A DNA stretch of 64,000 nucleotides from Thermoanaerobaculia bacterium (GTDB taxonomy: Bacteria; Acidobacteriota; Thermoanaerobaculia; UBA5066): assembly GCA_963719225.1 (NCBI GenBank), contig CAVRAY010000001.1, positions 1,504,001 to 1,568,000 of the forward strand, read 5' to 3'. The first letter of the stretch is position 1. Every line of letters begins with the position of its first letter. This document shows, piece after piece, positions 57,876 to 64,000 of the stretch. The notes below the pieces were generated by a model. That model saw only the letters and a list, made by a program, of their open reading frames with translations, was not told the DNA's origin and ran no database searches. A program made the translations under genes and the position numbers.

Positions 57876-60302
57876 ATGTTCGAAAAATACAACGAGAAGG
57901 CGCGCCGGGCCCTGTTCTTCGCCCGGTACGAGTCCTCGAAGCTGGGCTCGAAGGTCATCGAGTCGGAGCACATCCTGCTCGGCGTCCTCCGCGAGGGCGA
58001 GGAGATCATCAAGGAGATCTTCGCCCGCTTCAACGTGAAGCCCGACGAGATCCGCCGCGAGATCGAAGGCGATCGCGTCTTCGTCGAGCGCGTCTCGTCC
58101 ACCCAGGAGCTGCCGCTCTCGGAGGAATCCAAGAAGATCCTCGCCTACGCCTCCCACGAGGCGGAGTCGATGATGCATCCCTACGTCGGCACGGAGCATC
58201 TCCTCATCGGGATCCTCCGCGTGGACCCCTGCGTGGCCGGCCGCATCCTCATGTCGCACGGTTTCAATCTCTACGGCGTGCGCGAGGAGACGATCGCGCT
58301 CATCAAGGAGCGCGAGGCGTCGAAGCAGAAGAAAGAGCTGCCGTTCCTGGCCGAGTACGCGCGCGACCTGACCGCGCTCGCGCAGCAGGGCGCGTTCGAT
58401 CCGCTCGTCGGGCGCGACGTGGAGGTCGAGCGGATCATCCAGATCCTCTCGCGCCGAACGAAGAACAACCCGATCCTTCTCGGCGAGCCCGGCGTCGGAA
58501 AGACGGCGATCGTCGAGGGTCTCGCGCAGCGCATCGTGGAAGGGGGCGTCCCGCTCTTCCTCGCGCAGCGGAAGATCCTGGCCCTGGACCTCTCGCTCAT
58601 CGTCGCGGGAACGAAGTACCGCGGCCAGTTCGAGGAGCGCCTCAAGGGAATCCTCAAGGAGCTGAAGGAAAACCTCGACCTCATCGTCTTCATCGACGAG
58701 ATCCACTCGCTCATCGGCGCGGGATCGGCCGAAGGCTCTCTCGACGCCGCGAACATCCTCAAGCCCGCGCTTTCGCGGGGGGAGATCTCCTGTATCGGCG
58801 CGACGACGCTGAAGGAGTACCGCAAGTACATCGAGAAGGACCGGTCTCTCCTGCGCCGCTTCCAGGCCATCATGGTCGCCCCGCCCGACGAAGAGGAGAC
58901 GCTCCGGATCCTCGACGGCGTGCGCGAGCGCTACGAGACGTTCCATCGCGTTCGCTACACGGCCGATGCCATCAAGACGGCCGTCTATCAGGCGAATCGC
59001 TACATCCCGGACCGTTTCTTTCCCGACAAGGCAATCGACATCCTCGACGAGGCGGGCGCGAAGGTGAAGCTGCGCAAGACGGCCGACACCCAGAACCTGA
59101 GGCGCCTCGAAAGCGAGATCAAGGGAATCGTCAAGGAGATGAAGAAGGCCATCTCGGAGAAGGACTTCGAGCGCGCCGTCTTCCTGCGCGAGCGCGAGAT
59201 CGAGATCAAGGAGGAGATCGAGCACACGAAGACCTCCGCTCTCGACGACGGGTTGCCCGCCGACGTGACGCGCTCGGACGTCGAGGAGATCATCTCGAGC
59301 TGGACCGGGATCCCCGTGACGTCGCTCCAGATGGAGGAAGCCGAGAAGCTGCTCCACATGGAGGACTCGCTGAAGAAGCGGGTGATCGGCCAGGACCGCG
59401 CGCTCGAGGCGATCAGCCGCGCGATCCGCCGCTCGCGCCTCGGGGTCAAGAGCCCGAACCGGCCGATGGGCTCCTTCATCTTCCTCGGGCCCTCCGGCGT
59501 CGGCAAGACGGAGGCCGCGCGCCAGCTCGCCGTGTTCCTCTTCCACAACCAGAAGGCTCTCGTCCGCTTCGACATGTCCGAGTACATGGAAAAGCACGCC
59601 GTCTCGAAGCTCATCGGCTCGCCGCCGGGCTACGTCGGGCACGAAGAGGGCGGCCAGCTCACGGAGCGCATCCGCCGCCAGCCCTATTCCGTGATCCTCC
59701 TCGACGAGATCGAGAAGGCACATCCGGACATCGCGAACCTCCTCCTGCAGATTCTCGAGGACGGCCAGCTCACGGACGCGTACGGGAACGTCGTCGACTT
59801 CAAGAACACGCTCATCATCATGACCTCGAACGTGGGCACGAAGTTCCTCGTCACGGGCAGCCGCATGGGCTTCGGTGACGGAAAGAACGCCCCCGAGAAG
59901 CGCGAGATCGAGGAGATGGTGCTCAAGGAGCTTCGGCGCGAGTTCTCGCCGGAGTTCATCAACCGCATCGACGAGATCATCGTCTTCAACCCGCTGGGGC
60001 TCCCGGAGCTCCGGGCCATCGGCCGGCTGCTCCTCGACGACGTCGGCGAGACCTTGAAGCACCGCGGCCTGAAGCTCGTCGTCGACGAAGCCGCCGTGGA
60101 CTGGCTCCTCAAGGCGTCGGGCCACGACATCCATTCGGGCGCGCGCCCGCTGCGCAGAACCATCCAGCGACACGTCGAGGACGCGGTATCGGAATTGCTC
60201 ATCGGCTCGCGAGAGCCTGTCGAGTGTGTCGAAGTGACCGTATCAGGAGACGAGCTCAAGGTTCAGGTTCGAGCTCCCGAGCCAGTCGGTACGGACCGGT
60301 AA
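57876..60302 (+). CDS. clpC: ATP-dependent Clp protease ATP-binding subunit ClpC
   Basis: Clp-N repeats, GEPGVGKT, UVR-like middle region, GPSGVGKT, GSPPGYVG, MGF loop. Confidence 0.93.
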   Translation: MFEKYNEKARRALFFARYESSKLGSKVIESEHILLGVLREGEEIIKEIFARFNVKPDEIRREIEGDRVFVERVSSTQELPLSEESKKILAYASHEAESMMHPYVGTEHLLIGILRVDPCVAGRILMSHGFNLYGVREETIALIKEREASKQKKELPFLAEYARDLTALAQQGAFDPLVGRDVEVERIIQILSRRTKNNPILLGEPGVGKTAIVEGLAQRIVEGGVPLFLAQRKILALDLSLIVAGTKYRGQFEERLKGILKELKENLDLIVFIDEIHSLIGAGSAEGSLDAANILKPALSRGEISCIGATTLKEYRKYIEKDRSLLRRFQAIMVAPPDEEETLRILDGVRERYETFHRVRYTADAIKTAVYQANRYIPDRFFPDKAIDILDEAGAKVKLRKTADTQNLRRLESEIKGIVKEMKKAISEKDFERAVFLREREIEIKEEIEHTKTSALDDGLPADVTRSDVEEIISSWTGIPVTSLQMEEAEKLLHMEDSLKKRVIGQDRALEAISRAIRRSRLGVKSPNRPMGSFIFLGPSGVGKTEAARQLAVFLFHNQKALVRFDMSEYMEKHAVSKLIGSPPGYVGHEEGGQLTERIRRQPYSVILLDEIEKAHPDIANLLLQILEDGQLTDAYGNVVDFKNTLIIMTSNVGTKFLVTGSRMGFGDGKNAPEKREIEEMVLKELRREFSPEFINRIDEIIVFNPLGLPELRAIGRLLLDDVGETLKHRGLKLVVDEAAVDWLLKASGHDIHSGARPLRRTIQRHVEDAVSELLIGSREPVECVEVTVSGDELKVQVRAPEPVGTDR

Positions 60303-60307
60303 GAAGA

Positions 60308-62923
60308 GTGTCCCTGAATTGCTCGTCCGGCAGCCGTGCCGGGTCCGTCCTGGGTCGATCCGCGCGCGCCGTTCCGGCTGGAGCTCTTGCGGGAATCCTG
60401 GCGGCCTTTCTCGGTCACGGTCCGGCTCGCGCGCAGGCACCGGCTCCCACCCCCACGCCCAGCCCCACGGCCGGCGAGGGGGTCTTCGGCGCCCGACCCG
60501 AGTCGCCGCTCACGGGAACGTTGCCGAAGCCGTCGATGTCGCTCGTCCCCGGGCCCACGCCCGCCGCCGCCGACAGGCCGAAGATCGCGCAGATCGTCGT
60601 GCGCGGCGGGAAGACCACCGCGCCCGAAACCGTGGGCTTCTACCTGGGAGTCAAGGCCGGCGACCCCTACGACGAAGAGACGATCAAGCGGAACTTCAAC
60701 AAGCTCTGGGACTCCGGCTTGTTCGAGGACGTGGCTCTCGAGAAGGAAACCTCGCCCGCGGGGATCGTGCTGGTCGCGACCGTCGTCGAACGGCCCACGG
60801 TCTCGGACCTCGAGTTCCGTGGTAACAAGAAACTCACGACGTCGCAGCTCAAGGACAAGCTCAAGGAAGGGAAGGCCGAGATCCGCGTCGGCGCCCCCGT
60901 CTCGCTTCGCGACGTCGCGAAAGCCAAGACGGTCCTCCTCGAGGCCTACAAGGCGGAGGGTTTCCGTTCCGCGGCGATCGAGGCGACGACCGAGAACGTC
61001 TCCGACCTTCAGCGCCGCATCGTCTTCCTCGTCGACGAGGGCGACAAGATCAAGATCGAATCGATCCGGTTCACGGGAAACACCGTCTTCGGCCAGACGA
61101 AGCTCCGCTACGCCCTCAAGAAGACGAAGCAGGCGCACTGGTGGCGTTTCTTCGACAGCAAGTCTACGTACAACCAGGCGGGATACGAGGAAGACGTCGA
61201 GGCCCTCCGCAAGGTCTACCAGGACGTCGGGTACAAGGACGTCGTCATCAAGGACCCCATCCTCGACGTCTTCGTGACGAACCCGGCCGAGAAGCGTCCG
61301 GAGAAGATCAACCGGCGCGTGAGGATGACGATTCCGATCGTGGAAGGGGAGAGGTTCTACTTCGGAAAGGTCACCGTCGAAGGCTCCGTGGTGTTCAAGC
61401 CGGAGCTGCTCGAGCGGTTCTTCGCCTACAAGCCGGGAAAGCCGATGAGCCGGGCCGTGATCGCGGATGGGATGAAGGCGATCGACGCGACGTACCGCAG
61501 CCGCGGGTACATCTACGTTTTCATGAATCCCGAGAACACCGAGAAGCCGAATCACGTCGTGGACGTCGCGGTGAAGATCACGGAAGGCGATCAGTACCGG
61601 CTCGGCAGGATCGAGTTCACGGGCAACAAGACGACGCGCGACAAGGTCCTGAGGCGCGAGCTCCAGGTCTTCGAAGGCGACATCATGGACATGGAGGTGT
61701 TCAAGAAGAGCCTGTTCAAGGTGACGCAGCTCGGCTACTTCAAGATCGAAGAAGACCCCGATTTCCGCGTCAACCCGGAGAGGAAGACCGTCGACGTCTC
61801 GATCAAGGGAACGGACACGAATCGCAACGAGGTCCAGTTCGGAGCGGGCTATTCGCAGCTCGACGGCCTCTTCGGTCAGTTCCAGTTCAACACGCGCAAC
61901 TTCCTCGGCCGCGGCGATACGCTGGGCGTCCAGTTCCAGCGCGGCAATCGCTCGAACTTCTTCGACGTCTCGTTTGCGGAGCCTTGGTTCCTCGACCAGC
62001 GGATGTCCATCGGCGGGTCCGTGTTCAACCGGACCCTGGACTACAGCGACGTCGCGGGAGGCCTCGACCAGAAGAGCAAGGGCGCGAACTTCTCGGTCGG
62101 CTACGGGCTTGGGATCTTCGACCTCGTGTCGATCTTCTACGGGTTCACGGACCAGACGAGCACGTACCAGGTGTATCCGCCGCCGCCTCCGCCCGGAGGC
62201 GGAAGGGTGCCCATCGCGTTCGCGACGTACGCGGGCAAGACGTCGGCGGTCACACCCGGGTATCGCTATGACAGCCGCAACGATCCCTTCGATCCGTCGC
62301 GCGGCACGAAGATCGGGACGTCGTTTTCGGTCGCGGGAGGTCCATTCGGAGGAGACTTTTCGTATTACAAGATCAGCGCGAACGCCACGCGCTACCTCCC
62401 GTTCGGGAGGAAGGGAAACTTCGCCTTCAATCTAGACCTCGGCCTCCTCCGGGCCTACAAGGGAACGCAGGACCCGGCGGAGAACGGTTTCGACAGCCGG
62501 ATTCCGCTCTTCGAGCGCTACCGCATCGGCGGAGACCGGTCCGTGCGCGGCTTCAAGTACGGCTCCATCTACCCGTTGGACAGCCAGGACCGCGCGTTCT
62601 TCACGAGCAGCGGGGCGCTCCTCGGAGGCGACCGGTTCCTCGTTTTCAACGCCGAGTACGTCTATACCGTGGCCGGCCCCCTCAAGCTCGCCCTCTTTTT
62701 CGACGCCGGCAACACGTGGCTCGAGGGCCAGTCTCCGAACGTGGGATCGATGCGAACGTCGGCGGGAGCCGAAATGCGCGTCCTCCTCCCGATTTTCCAG
62801 GCACCGCTGAGGTTCATCTACGGCGTCAACCTTGCGCCGAAGGAGATCAAGGACCAGGCGGGCACCGTGATCCAGACCGAGTCCCGGACGGATTTCCAGT
62901 TCTCCATCGGGACGACGTTCTAG
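60308..62923 (+). CDS. bamA: Outer membrane protein assembly factor BamA
   Basis: POTRA repeats (GNKTTRDKVLRRE), NFLGRG, SVRGF, C-terminal FQFSIGTTF; start approximate. Confidence 0.93.
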   Translation: MSLNCSSGSRAGSVLGRSARAVPAGALAGILAAFLGHGPARAQAPAPTPTPSPTAGEGVFGARPESPLTGTLPKPSMSLVPGPTPAAADRPKIAQIVVRGGKTTAPETVGFYLGVKAGDPYDEETIKRNFNKLWDSGLFEDVALEKETSPAGIVLVATVVERPTVSDLEFRGNKKLTTSQLKDKLKEGKAEIRVGAPVSLRDVAKAKTVLLEAYKAEGFRSAAIEATTENVSDLQRRIVFLVDEGDKIKIESIRFTGNTVFGQTKLRYALKKTKQAHWWRFFDSKSTYNQAGYEEDVEALRKVYQDVGYKDVVIKDPILDVFVTNPAEKRPEKINRRVRMTIPIVEGERFYFGKVTVEGSVVFKPELLERFFAYKPGKPMSRAVIADGMKAIDATYRSRGYIYVFMNPENTEKPNHVVDVAVKITEGDQYRLGRIEFTGNKTTRDKVLRRELQVFEGDIMDMEVFKKSLFKVTQLGYFKIEEDPDFRVNPERKTVDVSIKGTDTNRNEVQFGAGYSQLDGLFGQFQFNTRNFLGRGDTLGVQFQRGNRSNFFDVSFAEPWFLDQRMSIGGSVFNRTLDYSDVAGGLDQKSKGANFSVGYGLGIFDLVSIFYGFTDQTSTYQVYPPPPPPGGGRVPIAFATYAGKTSAVTPGYRYDSRNDPFDPSRGTKIGTSFSVAGGPFGGDFSYYKISANATRYLPFGRKGNFAFNLDLGLLRAYKGTQDPAENGFDSRIPLFERYRIGGDRSVRGFKYGSIYPLDSQDRAFFTSSGALLGGDRFLVFNAEYVYTVAGPLKLALFFDAGNTWLEGQSPNVGSMRTSAGAEMRVLLPIFQAPLRFIYGVNLAPKEIKDQAGTVIQTESRTDFQFSIGTTF

Positions 62924-63000
62924 CCGTTTCCAGTATGATCCCCGTTTCCGTGGACTCGGCGTCCCCGCCCGGGCCCAAAACAAACGAAGGAGTTCCATCC

Positions 63001-63642
63001 ATGAATCGCATCGTCACTCTCGCGGCGGGCGCTCTCGCCCTGGGCGTTCTCGCCGGCAGCGCCTTCGCCCAGACCGTTCCCGCGACCGCGCCCGGCGGAA
63101 AGATCGGCGTCATCGAGGTCCAGAAGATCGTCCAGGAATCCGCGATCGGCAAGGAGAGCCTGGCCCGCGTCCAGAAGGTCCAGCAGGCCAAGACGGAGGA
63201 CCTCCAGAAGCGCCAGAAAGAGCTGCGCGACATGGAGCAGAAGATCCAGGACCAGGGGAAGTCCCTGTCCGAGGACGCGATGGAGAAGCTCCAGAAGGAT
63301 TATCAGTCGAAGGCGCTCGACCTGAAGCGCTTTCAGGACGATGCGCAACGCGAGCTCGAAGAGTCCCAGCGCAAGGAGCTGGGGGAGCTCGAAAAGCGGA
63401 TCATGCCCGTCATCACCGAGGTCGCGCGGGAGCAGGGCTACGCCCTCGTCTTCAACAAGTTCAACTCGGGGCTGCTCTTCGCCGACGACAAGTCCGTCGA
63501 TCTGACGGAGGCCGTCATCACGAGGTTCAACTCGCAGATCGCGGCTCCGGCCAAGCCCGCAGCGGTTCCCGCCGCGAAGAGCGCTGCGCCTGCTGCGGCC
63601 AAGCCGGCCACGACGGGCACTCCGGCCCCGCCGAAGAAGTAA
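63001..63642 (+). CDS. skp: Skp/OmpH periplasmic chaperone
   Basis: Signal peptide, KIGVIEVQKI, coiled coil, DLTEAVI; AAGGAG RBS; follows bamA. Confidence 0.92.
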   Translation: MNRIVTLAAGALALGVLAGSAFAQTVPATAPGGKIGVIEVQKIVQESAIGKESLARVQKVQQAKTEDLQKRQKELRDMEQKIQDQGKSLSEDAMEKLQKDYQSKALDLKRFQDDAQRELEESQRKELGELEKRIMPVITEVAREQGYALVFNKFNSGLLFADDKSVDLTEAVITRFNSQIAAPAKPAAVPAAKSAAPAAAKPATTGTPAPPKK

Positions 63643-63649
63643 GCCGGGC

Positions 63650-64000
63650 GTGGCCTCCTTCTCCGTCGCGGAAATCGCCGCCGCCTGCGGCGGGCGTGTC
63701 GTCGGAGACGGAGAGTCGAGAGTTTCCGGCGTTCGCTCGCTCGAGGGGGCAGGCGAAGACGCGCTCTCTTTCGTGAGCGACGAGCAGGCCCTGAAGCGCG
63801 CGGCCGCTTCCAGGGCCGGGGCCCTCCTCGCGCGGTCGGCCTCCGCTTTCGAGGGCCGCACCGTCGTGGAGGTTCCGGACCCCTCGGCAGCCCTCATTCT
63901 CGTGCTGCGCCTGTTCCATCCGGCGCGGCTTCCGCGGCCGGGCATTCACGCGACCGCCGTCGTCGACGCCGGCACGTTCGTCGACCCGTCCGCGGAAATC
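63650..64000 (+). CDS. lpxD: UDP-3-O-acylglucosamine N-acyltransferase (partial)
   Basis: Manual translation MASFSVAEIAAACGGRVVGDGESRVSGVRSLEGAGEDALSFV...PGIHATAVVD; bamA-skp-lpxD synteny. Confidence 0.88.
   Translation, partial: MASFSVAEIAAACGGRVVGDGESRVSGVRSLEGAGEDALSFVSDEQALKRAAASRAGALLARSASAFEGRTVVEVPDPSAALILVLRLFHPARLPRPGIHATAVVDAGTFVDPSAEI

Noticed and set aside
57255-60173. 972-aa minus-strand ORF and other long shadow ORFs (e.g. 8796-11402 +, 8374-11349 -, 5261-7501 -, 11305-12891 +, 38067-40163 -)
   Set aside because: Antisense or alternate-frame to well-supported genes; expected from high GC3 and stop scarcity; no motifs.

Overview
High-GC bacterial chromosome segment. The gene content (Oar-like TonB receptor, acidobacterial VWA proteins, ECF sigma/Ser-Thr kinase pair, lysS-lolCE-lolD-clpC-bamA-skp-lpxD) suggests Acidobacteriota, possibly Thermoanaerobaculia; this is an inference. 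About 47 protein genes or gene remnants and 3 tRNAs (Cys, Leu, Phe); no rRNA, CRISPR array, integrase or transposase seen. The most striking locus (613-12894) has three different glutamate dehydrogenases bracketing three paralogous PEP-synthase/PPDK-type ATP-grasp proteins. These lack the pyruvate-binding barrel, share a C-terminal GRWGS...SxG(T/S)HFF domain, and two of them carry receiver, GAF-like or nucleotidyltransferase add-ons, suggesting an uncharacterised dikinase-based regulatory system for glutamate/nitrogen metabolism. Other highlights: a DsbD whose thioredoxin domain is split and permuted around the membrane domain; a Cys-to-Ser pseudo-GAPDH coupled to gap; a candidate ECF promoter shared by the sigma gene and two polymorphic ZU5 proteins; a dispersed AT-rich TTCCCCTTCTAAGAA motif inside genes; a decaying paralog array with an attC-like junction; and two single-lesion disrupted genes. 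All calls come from reading motifs by eye; no database searches were run.
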